A DNA stretch of 56,871 nucleotides from an uncultured Bacilli bacterium (GTDB lineage: Bacteria > Bacillota_I > Bacilli_A > RF39 > UBA660), in the NCBI GenBank assembly GCA_947591455.1, contig CANQDC010000001.1, forward strand, positions 1-56,871. The letters run 5' to 3'. The position numbers and the translations under genes were made by a program. Under the pieces are notes generated by a model. That model worked only from the letters and a program-made list of their open reading frames with translations, made no database searches and was not told where the DNA came from. Below are positions 35,485 through 45,263 of the stretch, in pieces (position 1 is the first letter of the stretch; every line of letters begins with the position of its first letter).

Positions 35485-36600
35485 ATGAAAAAATTTTTGT
35501 GTTTTGTTTTGACGGTAGCTTGGTTGGGAGTAAATACAACTGTATATGCTAAAACAACTCCAAATGGAGTAAATATAGAAGATTATGATGCCAATGCTAG
35601 TTATACAAGTCTATATTGCTATTATAGTAATAATGTATATGTATCCATTCAAGAAACAGATCATTTAGAAGTATTACCAGAAGCTAGTGACACTCGTTAT
35701 TTAAAACTTCCTTTTGTCAATTATGATTATGCTGAAATGCGAGCATGGAATTTTTTAAATGAAAATGATGAATGGGATTGTCCTTTATATGCGCAAACAG
35801 ACAGTTCAAGATCCAAAATTATTAGTTTTTCCAATCAAGTAGCACCAAATTCTTATCCGTTGAATAAAAATAAAAGTAATTGTTTAGGAAAAGCTGCGAT
35901 TTATCAAGAATCCTCAAACACGTATACTTGTTCTTATAGTGGAAATAGTGGTTCTTTAAAAGTCGAAGGATCTGGAAATAAATGTACCGTAACCTATCCT
36001 GATGGGTCCACCCAAAATATAACGAATGGTGTTTGTAGCATGACTTCGAAAGATAGTTGTCCTGATTTGTACTATAATAAATCTACAAAAGAATTAAAAT
36101 GGGCAACCTATGACTATGCAAAGTATTTTGAAGAAAATAATAAAAATAATTATGATATGACTATGTATGATATGATTTGTAAAGATAATCAAAATATCGA
36201 TTATTTATGTAATGGGACCTGTGAGTTTCCTGCCAATCAAAATATTAATTGTAGTAAAATAGAACAAACAATTTACCAAGGAGAATTATGTTATCAACCA
36301 GGAGTAGCTAAATCATTTCGCTTTTTTGGCTATCTATTATTTATAGCAAAAGTAATTATCCCTATAATACTAATTGCCACAGGTTCAATGGATTTTGCTA
36401 AAGCACTTACATCATCCAATCAAGATGCGCTAACAAAATCAACTCGTCGTTTTGCTTTACGGATTGTTACGGGAGTAGTCGTTTTTTTACTACCAACGAT
36501 CATTTATTTTTTCTTCAATCTGATTCCTACCGATGATTCTGCTCATAAAAATTGCAGTACCTGTTTATTCCGCCCAAATCAATGTAATATTTCATCTTAA
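35485..36600 (+). CDS. secreted Cys-rich protein with a C-terminal VirB2-like two-helix module
   Basis: Signal peptide MKKFLCFVLTVAWLGVNTTVYA and a Cys-rich ectodomain of about 270 aa. The C-terminal module is homologous to the 33872 protein and ends with CSTCLFRPNQC. Confidence 0.6.
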   Translation: MKKFLCFVLTVAWLGVNTTVYAKTTPNGVNIEDYDANASYTSLYCYYSNNVYVSIQETDHLEVLPEASDTRYLKLPFVNYDYAEMRAWNFLNENDEWDCPLYAQTDSSRSKIISFSNQVAPNSYPLNKNKSNCLGKAAIYQESSNTYTCSYSGNSGSLKVEGSGNKCTVTYPDGSTQNITNGVCSMTSKDSCPDLYYNKSTKELKWATYDYAKYFEENNKNNYDMTMYDMICKDNQNIDYLCNGTCEFPANQNINCSKIEQTIYQGELCYQPGVAKSFRFFGYLLFIAKVIIPIILIATGSMDFAKALTSSNQDALTKSTRRFALRIVTGVVVFLLPTIIYFFFNLIPTDDSAHKNCSTCLFRPNQCNISS

Positions 36601-36630
36601 AAACTGATTAGATTTTAATCAGTTTTTCTG
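36601..36630 (+). terminator. rho-independent terminator
   Basis: 10-bp stem AAACTGATTA (36601-36610) / TAATCAGTTT (36616-36625), T-rich downstream. Confidence 0.6.
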
Positions 36631-36703
36631 TTCTTAGCACTAGTAATATGGAAAAAAAATTGTTATAATGAAAAAGAGTACGTGAAAAAAGTAGGGATAT
36701 TTC

Positions 36704-37795
36704 ATGAAGAAAAAAATAATATTTTTAATATATATATTTATGCTTTTTAGTTGCTATGGAGTTTCTGCCAAAACATTAGAAAATACATGTGTTTATGAAG
36801 CATCATATGAAAAAAAAGAGGAGAATAAAAAAATTACAATCACATGTAAATTTTACGATAATAATACTTATGACAAATGTGATATAGGAACCACTTTTAA
36901 GCAATCCATTTCCAATTGGAGTTCAATGCCTAAAGCAGAAGACAATATGAAAAGTTGGTATGAGAAAAATCATAAATGTTTTCCATATTTCGTTTTTATG
37001 GATAAAGGAACTTTATTTGATAAATATGAAATCTATGCGGCGGATACTTTAACACGTGCAAATTCTTTGAAAACAGAACAAGGAGATACATGGGATTATC
37101 ACACAGCAATAGCTACGGAACATAGTCTTTATGAAAAAGAAGATAAAACAAAAGAGCCAACAGACAAAATAAATTCTTATATTGAAACTTTGAATGATAT
37201 AGAAAATAATTTTGGTTTAAAAGATTGTGTAACGAACGGTAAAATAGAAGTAAATATTAAAAAAAATAATTATAAAGTTTGCCAAAAAAAAGTTGAAGCG
37301 ATGTATGAACAAATAAAAGAATATGATCAATATACAGAAGAGCAAATCAAAAATGGAACTTTTAAGGAAGAGGATCCGATTATAACCCAATATCGTGAGG
37401 CCGTTTCCAAAGCTCGCGGAAGTGTGAACGAAACGTTAGATGAAAATATGTCTCAAACTCAAACGGATGAGAAAATTAATGTAACCGCTTCTGAAAATAA
37501 TAATTTGACAACCAGTGATATTAATTGTAATAATATTTTTTCCGGTAATTTTGGTAAATATTTAAAATTGATTTTATCTTTTATTCGCTTCCTTGTACCA
37601 ATTATTATTCTTGGTCTAGCTATTTTAGATTTTATAAAAGCAACCTCTGCTCAAGATGAAACAGAAATGAAAAAAGCTTCAACCAAATTGGTTCAAAGAA
37701 TGATTATTGGAGTGATTATATTTTTACTTCCCACTCTGTTAGAAGTAATATTAAATTTGGCAGATATCCCATATGGAACTTGTGGTATTAAATAG
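36704..37795 (+). CDS. secreted protein with a C-terminal VirB2-like two-helix module
   Basis: Signal peptide MKKKIIFLIYIFMLFSCYGVSA and an ectodomain of about 270 aa. The C-terminal module LVPIIILGLAILDFIKATSAQDETEMKKASTKLVQRMIIGVIIFLLPTLL is homologous to those at 33872 and 35485. Confidence 0.6.
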   Translation: MKKKIIFLIYIFMLFSCYGVSAKTLENTCVYEASYEKKEENKKITITCKFYDNNTYDKCDIGTTFKQSISNWSSMPKAEDNMKSWYEKNHKCFPYFVFMDKGTLFDKYEIYAADTLTRANSLKTEQGDTWDYHTAIATEHSLYEKEDKTKEPTDKINSYIETLNDIENNFGLKDCVTNGKIEVNIKKNNYKVCQKKVEAMYEQIKEYDQYTEEQIKNGTFKEEDPIITQYREAVSKARGSVNETLDENMSQTQTDEKINVTASENNNLTTSDINCNNIFSGNFGKYLKLILSFIRFLVPIIILGLAILDFIKATSAQDETEMKKASTKLVQRMIIGVIIFLLPTLLEVILNLADIPYGTCGIK

Positions 37796-37810
37796 ATTGG
37801 AGGAAGAAAT

Positions 37811-39874
37811 ATGCTGATCGCATGGAACATTGTGAATTCCTTAAAATCAGGAATAATGGGCTTTTTCTTAATGGTAGATGGTATTGTTTACTGGCTGATT
37901 GGTTTATTATATGATTTATATTACAATCTTGCTGGAGCCCAGATTATATCAAATAGTACCTATGAAGAAATTGCCAATCGCTTTTTAGTAATTATTGGTG
38001 TTTGTATGTTGTTCTTTTTAACTTATTCTTTACTACGAGCCTTAGTAAATCCAGATGAGTTAAATAAATCAATTAGCAAAATTGTGAAAAATATTGTCAT
38101 TTCTTTAGTGTTATTATCCTTAGTACCAACCATATTCAGTTATGCTTTTAAAATTCAAAATGCGATTATTACGGATCATGTAATTGATAATTTAGTCTTT
38201 GGAAATACCAATAATACTTTATCTTCCGTCGGAAAAACAACCGCTATGACTTTCTTTGATGCTTTTGTTACCGTAAGTGATGATGCAGAAATAGATGGAT
38301 ATGAAAATTGGGAAAGTTTAAAAATTTGTATTCAAGATAATACCGTGGAAGGATGTGCTGGGAATGAAGGATTTCGGCATATTGGTTTACTTGCTTCTTC
38401 CGTTGCTAGTGGGGATACCGATTATACCTTCCTAATTAGTACGGCTTGTGGTTGCTTTTTAGTATATGTTTTACTTTCTTTTTGCTTGGATTTAGGGGTT
38501 CGGATTGTAAAATTAGCGTTTTATCAAATTATTTCTCCGATACCCATTTTAATGCAAGTAATTCCCGAAAAAAAATCTGTTTTTGATAATTGGGTGAAAG
38601 CAACTATTGAAACATATTTAGAAGTTTTTATTCGATTATTTATTATGTACTTAGTAGCTTTCTTATGTTCAAAGATTTTTCATGATAACGTTATTTCTTC
38701 CAGTTTAGGAGTTTTTGGGACCATAATAACGATTATGGGAATCTATGCATTTGCAAAACAAGCACCAAAATTGATTGGAGATATTCTTGGACTTAAAGGA
38801 AATATTAAACTTGGTATTCGTGAAAAATTAGCAAATGGAGGAGGATTGATGGCTGCTGCCGCTCTTGGTGGTGGAGCAACATCTTTTGTTCGAAATGCTG
38901 TACATGGTGCCAACAATGTTATGCAAGAAAGAGGTTTTTCAAATCGAGCTAGAGCTTTCGGTCGTGGACTCTTAAGTTCCGGAGCTGGTTTGGTAAGTGG
39001 AGCTGCTCGAGGGGGATATAATGCCAGAAATGCTCATAATTATGCCGATGTTCGAAATGCATCTAATAATGCTGTTCAAAGTACTGTAAATGCTCGAAAT
39101 AATAGAGAAGCTTATCGAACCAATCATCCAGGTCGATTAGGACCTATAAGAGGGCATATATCAGATGTTGGTCAAAACTTCAGCAATTATATTGGATTAG
39201 AAACTCCATTAGAACAATTACGAGTCGAACAAACCCAAGCTCAAGAAGTTCAAAATGCTCGTAAAGCAATTGATGATCGTTTAAAATCAATTATGGAACG
39301 AGATGCAGCGAGAAGAATGGCGACCCAAGCCGTTGATATTAAAGATGAACAAGGAAATGTGATTGCTAGCTACAAAAATTTAGCAGAATTAGAAAATGCT
39401 AAAGAAATATTAAAATCGGGTGGAAATATTAATGGAGTAACAGCCACAGCCTCTCTTTTAAGAGAATTTGATAAACAAGAAGGCAATTTGAAAAAGCAAT
39501 TAAAAAAGGATATTTTAAATGGTTACGATGTAAATGGAAATCAATTAACATCAGAACAATTTGCAACCAAATATGATGGAAATTTACAAGAATTATTAAC
39601 CACTTATCGTACAAAATCATTACAACGGGCGAACGTAATTGCTTCCAATGCCTCTGATGATGAAGCTGTTCAAAATTCTTTAAGCCAATTCCGCGAACAA
39701 GCGATTAACCATCAAGATGTATCTTTAAATGATTTTGTTAGAAACGGTTTTGCCGATGAATTAGTCAATAATTCTAAAAATGTTATTGATAATGCAAATA
39801 TGAATATTAACATCAATATGAATCAAAGAGTACAAGAACAAAGAAATAATAGTAATAATAGAAATAATTCATAG
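37811..39874 (+). CDS. VirB6/TrbL-like polytopic T4SS channel protein
   Basis: 687 aa. The N-terminal 340 or so aa hold multiple TM helices. They are followed by a G/A-rich segment (GGGLMAAAALGGGATSF) and a long N/Q/R-rich soluble tail, as in TrbL/TcpH/ConG-type proteins. Confidence 0.55.
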   Translation: MLIAWNIVNSLKSGIMGFFLMVDGIVYWLIGLLYDLYYNLAGAQIISNSTYEEIANRFLVIIGVCMLFFLTYSLLRALVNPDELNKSISKIVKNIVISLVLLSLVPTIFSYAFKIQNAIITDHVIDNLVFGNTNNTLSSVGKTTAMTFFDAFVTVSDDAEIDGYENWESLKICIQDNTVEGCAGNEGFRHIGLLASSVASGDTDYTFLISTACGCFLVYVLLSFCLDLGVRIVKLAFYQIISPIPILMQVIPEKKSVFDNWVKATIETYLEVFIRLFIMYLVAFLCSKIFHDNVISSSLGVFGTIITIMGIYAFAKQAPKLIGDILGLKGNIKLGIREKLANGGGLMAAAALGGGATSFVRNAVHGANNVMQERGFSNRARAFGRGLLSSGAGLVSGAARGGYNARNAHNYADVRNASNNAVQSTVNARNNREAYRTNHPGRLGPIRGHISDVGQNFSNYIGLETPLEQLRVEQTQAQEVQNARKAIDDRLKSIMERDAARRMATQAVDIKDEQGNVIASYKNLAELENAKEILKSGGNINGVTATASLLREFDKQEGNLKKQLKKDILNGYDVNGNQLTSEQFATKYDGNLQELLTTYRTKSLQRANVIASNASDDEAVQNSLSQFREQAINHQDVSLNDFVRNGFADELVNNSKNVIDNANMNININMNQRVQEQRNNSNNRNNS

Positions 39875-39882
39875 AGGATGAA

Positions 39883-40440
39883 ATGATGAAAATAAGGAAA
39901 AAAATTCAAGATTGGGCGACAGGAAATTATATCAATTTTAAACAAGAAAACGACGTATATGAACAGATAATAACCAAAATACAAGCAATAATGAATTATT
40001 TAGATGTCTATGTTCAAAACATTTCATTACAAAAAGAACAAATAACCGAGGGAACGCTTTTAGAAAAAATAGATACTTTAAAAGCAAATATAGAGTTTCA
40101 AAAAATTCGATTAAAAAAAAGTACCCAAAAAGAAGAACAGCAAAAAATATATCAAGAATTGCAAAAATTACAACAAGAATGGGAAGAACTTATCATTCAA
40201 ATTAAAAATGATCTCTTACAAAATGCCTATTTATTAGAAATTCAAAAAAATGTTTATGAAATGAATGGCCTGATTTATCAAAATGCTTTTTTAGAAACAT
40301 TGCAACCCTTTTTAGAAAAAGATATGATAAATAAAAAGTGGAATGTAAACCAGCTAAATGATCTTAGAAATTCTTTAGCCCAAAAGCGAATGAAAATATT
40401 GCCTTATTTAATAGAAATGGAAGATATTCGAAAGAAATAA
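39883..40440 (+). CDS. coiled-coil protein, function unknown
   Basis: 185 aa, Q/E/K/L-rich heptad-like sequence, no TM. Confidence 0.5.
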   Translation: MMKIRKKIQDWATGNYINFKQENDVYEQIITKIQAIMNYLDVYVQNISLQKEQITEGTLLEKIDTLKANIEFQKIRLKKSTQKEEQQKIYQELQKLQQEWEELIIQIKNDLLQNAYLLEIQKNVYEMNGLIYQNAFLETLQPFLEKDMINKKWNVNQLNDLRNSLAQKRMKILPYLIEMEDIRKK

Positions 40441-40456
40441 AAAGGAGGAAGAAAAA

Positions 40457-40768
40457 ATGAATCATAATTATTTAATACCAGCGAATTCTAAAAAATCAAT
40501 GCTAATTCTAGGCTTTTTTACTCCCATCGATTTAGTTATTTTTGGAGTAGGATGTCTATTTACGTTAGTTATGCTTTTTGTATTTAACTCTAGTGTTGAT
40601 TTAAGCATGATGATATTGATACTAGCTCCCGCTTTAATCTCCGCATTTTTAGTTATGCCAGTACCGAATTATCATAATGTGTTACAATTAATTACAAATA
40701 TAGTAACATTCCTAATGGGACGAAAAAGGTATTATTGGAGAGGCTGGTGTATTAAAGATGAAAAATAA
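40457..40768 (+). CDS. PrgI/VirB3-like small T4SS membrane protein
   Basis: 103 aa with RBS AGGAGGA. It has two TM helices (LILGFFTPIDLVIFGVGCLFTLVMLFVF and LILAPALISAFLVMPV) and lies immediately upstream of VirB4, as in pCF10 prgI-prgJ. Confidence 0.55.
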   Translation: MNHNYLIPANSKKSMLILGFFTPIDLVIFGVGCLFTLVMLFVFNSSVDLSMMILILAPALISAFLVMPVPNYHNVLQLITNIVTFLMGRKRYYWRGWCIKDEK

Positions 40769-41321
40769 AGAAGAAAAAATAGCAAGTAAATATACAGAAG
40801 ATTGGGTGCCCATTAAACAAATATTAAATGGTATGATTCAATTAGACACGGGTGAATATGTCACGGGCGTAAAAGTAACCCCACGAAATATATTCATTTT
40901 AGATCAACAAACTCAAGATAATGTCATTTATAATTTACGTAACTTTTATAATACAATTAATTTTGAATTTTGGTTAATTGTCGCGGATCGCCCAGTGGAT
41001 ATTAATATTTATTTATCCCAATTACAAGTATTATATAATAATGCCACGACGGGTACTATGCGAAAATTAATTATGCAAGATATCAATAAAGCCAATATGT
41101 TTATGAGTGCCGAGTACAATGTAGTAGATACAGAATACTTTATCTTATTTAAAGAAAAGAAAATGGAAATTATTCAAAAACGATTACATACTTTAATTTC
41201 TAATTTATCAACTTGTGGATTAACCTCCACACAAGTATCGAATAATGATTTAAGAATGTTGATTGATAATTTCTTCAACGGGGGGAAACCAACAACAGTA
41301 GGAACGGTGATGCCACAATGA
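40758..41321 (+). CDS. VirB4 N-terminal-domain-like protein (separate ORF)
   Basis: 187 aa. DWVPIKQILNGMIQLDTGEYVTGVKVTPRNIFILDQQTQDNVIYNLRNFYNTINFEFWLIV resembles the N-terminal region of Gram-positive VirB4 proteins (TcpF/ConE/Orf16 type). It has an ATGA overlap with the ATPase ORF. Confidence 0.5.
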   Translation: MKNKEEKIASKYTEDWVPIKQILNGMIQLDTGEYVTGVKVTPRNIFILDQQTQDNVIYNLRNFYNTINFEFWLIVADRPVDINIYLSQLQVLYNNATTGTMRKLIMQDINKANMFMSAEYNVVDTEYFILFKEKKMEIIQKRLHTLISNLSTCGLTSTQVSNNDLRMLIDNFFNGGKPTTVGTVMPQ

Positions 41322-43102
41322 ACATAAAAAGTCAATTAGCGCCCAAAGGGATTGAATTTAAACCCACTGAATTTGTAATTAGTGGAAAATATTGTACAAT
41401 TTTAACCATTATATCTTATCCTAAATATATTTCCGAAGGCTATTTAGCTAATTTAACCAATATTTCCGGAGTAAAAATTGCAATCAAACATATTCCTATT
41501 GAATTTAGTACCTTACAAAAGATGTTAAATAAAGAAATTGCCGATTTAAAGCAAAGATTTCAAACCGAAAACGATCGAACCATTCAAGAAAGAATTCGCC
41601 AAGATTATGAATCCTTAGAACAATTTATTCAAATGTTAGCGGCCACGCAAGCTAGAATTTTTGATTTCCAAATGCATTTATTTATTGCTGCTGATAATAA
41701 AGAAGAATTAGAAACAAAGAAAATGCAAGTGCGTAATTATTTGGATGGCTTAGGTATGAGAGGGATCGCTTTAATGTTTGAACAAGAAAAAGTATTAAAA
41801 TCAATCCTTCCGATATTCCCTAAGCAAGACATTGAAAATCGGGTGGGAACGCCAATTCCTTCCGTTACTATGGCAGCTATGTATCCCTTTATTTTCGACA
41901 GTATTAAAGATCCAGGAAATAGTACTCTTTTCGGAGTAGATTTCTCAGGAGGAGTTGTTTTATTTAATCAATTTTTATATAAAATAAAAAAAGAAAATAA
42001 TCGTAACAATGCCAATATGATTATTTTAGGAACGAGTGGAAGTGGAAAATCAACCGCTGCCAAATTATTAGTACGAAGTCATTTAAGAAATGGCTATAAA
42101 GTAGTTTGTATTGATCCCGAAGGAGAACTTGCAGAGATGACACATAGTGTGGGAGGAGATTTCTTAGACCTAGGTAAAGGTGGAGATTTTGGGATGATTA
42201 ATCCCTTAGAAATCGTAGTTGATGCCGATGAAGAAGAAATTGCGGAAGGTCTTGGATACACTGTATTGACAAGAACTTTACAACAATTAAAAGCTTTTAT
42301 GAAGTATTATTCACCATCCATCGAAGAAGATGTCCTAACAATGTTTAGTGAAGTTGTACAAGATACTTACAAACGTTATAAAATAGATTATGATTCTGAT
42401 TTTACTAAATTTACTTCTCAAGATTATCCTACATTTGATGATGTGTATGCAACAATTAAAGGCCGTCTTTTATCTATGCCAGAAAAAACTCATGAACGAG
42501 ATGTCATGGAACGACTAGAATTAAAAGTTCGTCCTTTAGTAAAAGAACTACGTTATTATTTTACGGGACATACAACCCTTCATATTGAAAGTGATTTTAT
42601 TGTTTTTAATATTAAAGAACTCATGAATAGTGATGAAAATATCAAAAATGCTTTATTCTTTAATATTTTAAAATATGCATGGGGACTATGTTTAGATCAA
42701 GAAATTGAAACAGTCATGTATGTTGATGAAGCCCATGTATTGATGTCTACCAAAAATGAATTAGGGGCTGAATTCTTAGCTCAAATTCAAAGACGTAGTC
42801 GTAAATATAATACGGGAACGATTATAATTACCCAACAACCAACCGATTTTGCTGCTCCAAATGTAATTGTTCATGGAAAAGCCATATTTGATAATGCCTC
42901 TTATTATTTAATTATGGGACTTCGTAAACAAGCAGCAGATGATTTATCTCAATTAATCGATTTAAATGATAACGAAAAAGATAGTATTAAATATTATAAT
43001 CAAGGGGAAGCCTTATTTGTGTGTGGTAATCGAAGAATGCGAATTAATATTATTGTAACTCAAGAAGAATTAGATTCCTTTGGAAGTGGAGGAGGACTTT
43101 AA
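41318..43102 (+). CDS. virB4: VirB4-family T4SS ATPase (C-terminal part)
   Basis: Walker A GTSGSGKST, Walker B VMYVDEAH, followed by RRSRKYNTGTIIITQQP. An upstream YP..I..G.L motif region is typical of VirB4. Confidence 0.85.
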   Translation: MNIKSQLAPKGIEFKPTEFVISGKYCTILTIISYPKYISEGYLANLTNISGVKIAIKHIPIEFSTLQKMLNKEIADLKQRFQTENDRTIQERIRQDYESLEQFIQMLAATQARIFDFQMHLFIAADNKEELETKKMQVRNYLDGLGMRGIALMFEQEKVLKSILPIFPKQDIENRVGTPIPSVTMAAMYPFIFDSIKDPGNSTLFGVDFSGGVVLFNQFLYKIKKENNRNNANMIILGTSGSGKSTAAKLLVRSHLRNGYKVVCIDPEGELAEMTHSVGGDFLDLGKGGDFGMINPLEIVVDADEEEIAEGLGYTVLTRTLQQLKAFMKYYSPSIEEDVLTMFSEVVQDTYKRYKIDYDSDFTKFTSQDYPTFDDVYATIKGRLLSMPEKTHERDVMERLELKVRPLVKELRYYFTGHTTLHIESDFIVFNIKELMNSDENIKNALFFNILKYAWGLCLDQEIETVMYVDEAHVLMSTKNELGAEFLAQIQRRSRKYNTGTIIITQQPTDFAAPNVIVHGKAIFDNASYYLIMGLRKQAADDLSQLIDLNDNEKDSIKYYNQGEALFVCGNRRMRINIIVTQEELDSFGSGGGL

Positions 43103-43127
43103 TTAAAGTGTAAGTAGGTGGATTTTT

Positions 43128-45263
43128 ATGCTAAATGATGAAGAAGAATTTCTAGAAGATGAAGAATCAAAACAAACAAAATTAGAAGAAGAACCAGAAA
43201 AACAGCCAGTTGAAAAAAAACTGGCTTCTAAAGATTCTGCTATTCAAAAAGAAACATCAAAATTAGCAAAAGATTTATTGAAAAAAAATCCCTATACGAA
43301 AGCCATTATACTTGGTATTATTGTTCTTATCTTTTTTATTTTAATTATCTTAATGATTGTTTTTGATTTTGATTTAGTTGGCACCGGGGATGTTGAATCT
43401 ATAGATTATCCCAATTCTTTTTGTAGCAGTATTAATATATCTTCAACCAATACGACACTTGATTTAGAAGATTATGTAGCGAGAAAAGTCTATGATGATA
43501 ACGAAAATGCTAATGATGTGGATAATGAAGTGGTGTATCAAGCAATGGCGATTGCGATAAGAAGTCAAGTGACTGCAACTTTAAGTGAAGATTGTACAAT
43601 TAATGAAGAAGTCACGAAATTAAGTGGTATAGAACCGAATTATGAAAAAATTATGGAAGCAGTAAAAGCAACCTCAGGCTTAATTATCGCTAAAGATAAT
43701 CAGGCGATAAATGCTTTATATGATCCATTTTCTTATGTATCAAAAGATAAAGGATTTTATTATATGATGAATAAAAATGAAGCAGGAGAGCAATGGATTC
43801 CTGCAAATTGGGTAGAAGAACAGAATATTCCTACTAAAAAAGTTCTTAGCCACAAAACTTTATCTTCTTTAAGTTTATATGGGGCAAAATATTTATTAGA
43901 AAAAGCGGATTCTCAATACGATTTATATCGAATTTTAGAAGAATATTATGGACGGGATATTGAATATTTTTCCATAAGTAGTAAAAATTTTCTTTGTTCG
44001 GATATTGATTTTTATAAAACCCCTTTGACAAAAGAAGAATTTGTCTCTAGATTAAAAAATTATCTTCAAGGAAAAAATTCTACCACAGCTCGTCTTTTTA
44101 TCGAACATGCTGAAGATATTTATGATTGGGGTCTAGAAGTCGGAGCAAACCCCGAAATGGTTGTAATAACCGCTCAAAAAGAACAACAGTGGAATGATAC
44201 TTCTTTCACGGTAAGATGTAATAACTTTTATGGAATGGGTGTATATAACGGTCAATCGAGTGGAATGTGTTTTGATTCCTTTAAAGATGGTGTTGTTTAT
44301 ATGTTAAATTATATTAAACAAAAAGGAAGTTTAGATGCCTATACAAAAGTATATTCTTATCTAGGAACCTATTTAGCCAATCCCGGAAGTTGGGGAGATG
44401 GGGGCTGCATTTATTTAACGATGCCTGATATATTTGGACCCAATTATTCAAGATGTAATGCTGGCTATTCTTGTCCAAGTTCCAATGGCGGCGCTGGTTG
44501 TGTTTTAACTACAGAAGCAGAAAAACAAGCATATATAGATTGGCAAGGAAAAATTATCTTAGAATATCGTTCGAATATATTTCAAATTAATTCAAGTGAT
44601 TGTGAAAATGGCATTGAAGGAAGTACCGATGGGGCAACGCTATTGAATGAATCAATCGAATCATTTTTAGCGAAAAATGGAAGCTCTTTAGCAGAATTCA
44701 ATGATGTAGTTTTACAACAAGGATGTAAATACAAAGGAACGGGACAAGGAGTTGCCTATGTAGCAGCAACGGCCGTATCTGAGTTGGCAAAATATGGTAA
44801 AAAATTTAATTATGTTTGGGGTGGAATGCATACAAGTGCCCCTGAAAGCTTTGGAGTCCCAGCCAATTGGGGAATTTATGGACCGGACTGTAGTGGATTT
44901 GTTTCTTGGGCTTTATATAATGCTGGATTTGAATGGAAAAGTTTAGGAGCTACAGCTTGGGGAGGTCTTGGTGAGGTTGTTTCTTTAGATGATAATCGCA
45001 TTAAAGTTGGAGATTTTATTGTTACTCCAGGAAATCGAGGATGGAACCATATTGTCATAATAACCGCTATTCATGCCGATGAAGGATATTACAATGTGGT
45101 AGAAGCATCTAGTACCCGGAATGGTGTTATATTTAGTAAAGTGAATATAAACAAAAGCAATAATCGTAAAGCAGTTTTAATGAGTAATTACTATGAAAGT
45201 GCACCAAAATCAATTGCTTACAACGTAATGTGCACAGCAAGGAGCGTAAAAAATGGCGAATAG
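43128..45263 (+). CDS. membrane-anchored multi-domain cell-wall hydrolase (CwlT/TcpG-like)
   Basis: An acidic N-terminus and one TM, then a SpoIID-like segment (VVYQAMAIAIRSQV). This is followed by a glucosaminidase/muramidase-like segment (GANPEMVVITAQKEQQWND...NNFYGMG) and a C-terminal NlpC/P60 domain (GPDCSGFVSWALYNAGF...NHIVIITA). Confidence 0.75.
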   Translation: MLNDEEEFLEDEESKQTKLEEEPEKQPVEKKLASKDSAIQKETSKLAKDLLKKNPYTKAIILGIIVLIFFILIILMIVFDFDLVGTGDVESIDYPNSFCSSINISSTNTTLDLEDYVARKVYDDNENANDVDNEVVYQAMAIAIRSQVTATLSEDCTINEEVTKLSGIEPNYEKIMEAVKATSGLIIAKDNQAINALYDPFSYVSKDKGFYYMMNKNEAGEQWIPANWVEEQNIPTKKVLSHKTLSSLSLYGAKYLLEKADSQYDLYRILEEYYGRDIEYFSISSKNFLCSDIDFYKTPLTKEEFVSRLKNYLQGKNSTTARLFIEHAEDIYDWGLEVGANPEMVVITAQKEQQWNDTSFTVRCNNFYGMGVYNGQSSGMCFDSFKDGVVYMLNYIKQKGSLDAYTKVYSYLGTYLANPGSWGDGGCIYLTMPDIFGPNYSRCNAGYSCPSSNGGAGCVLTTEAEKQAYIDWQGKIILEYRSNIFQINSSDCENGIEGSTDGATLLNESIESFLAKNGSSLAEFNDVVLQQGCKYKGTGQGVAYVAATAVSELAKYGKKFNYVWGGMHTSAPESFGVPANWGIYGPDCSGFVSWALYNAGFEWKSLGATAWGGLGEVVSLDDNRIKVGDFIVTPGNRGWNHIVIITAIHADEGYYNVVEASSTRNGVIFSKVNINKSNNRKAVLMSNYYESAPKSIAYNVMCTARSVKNGE

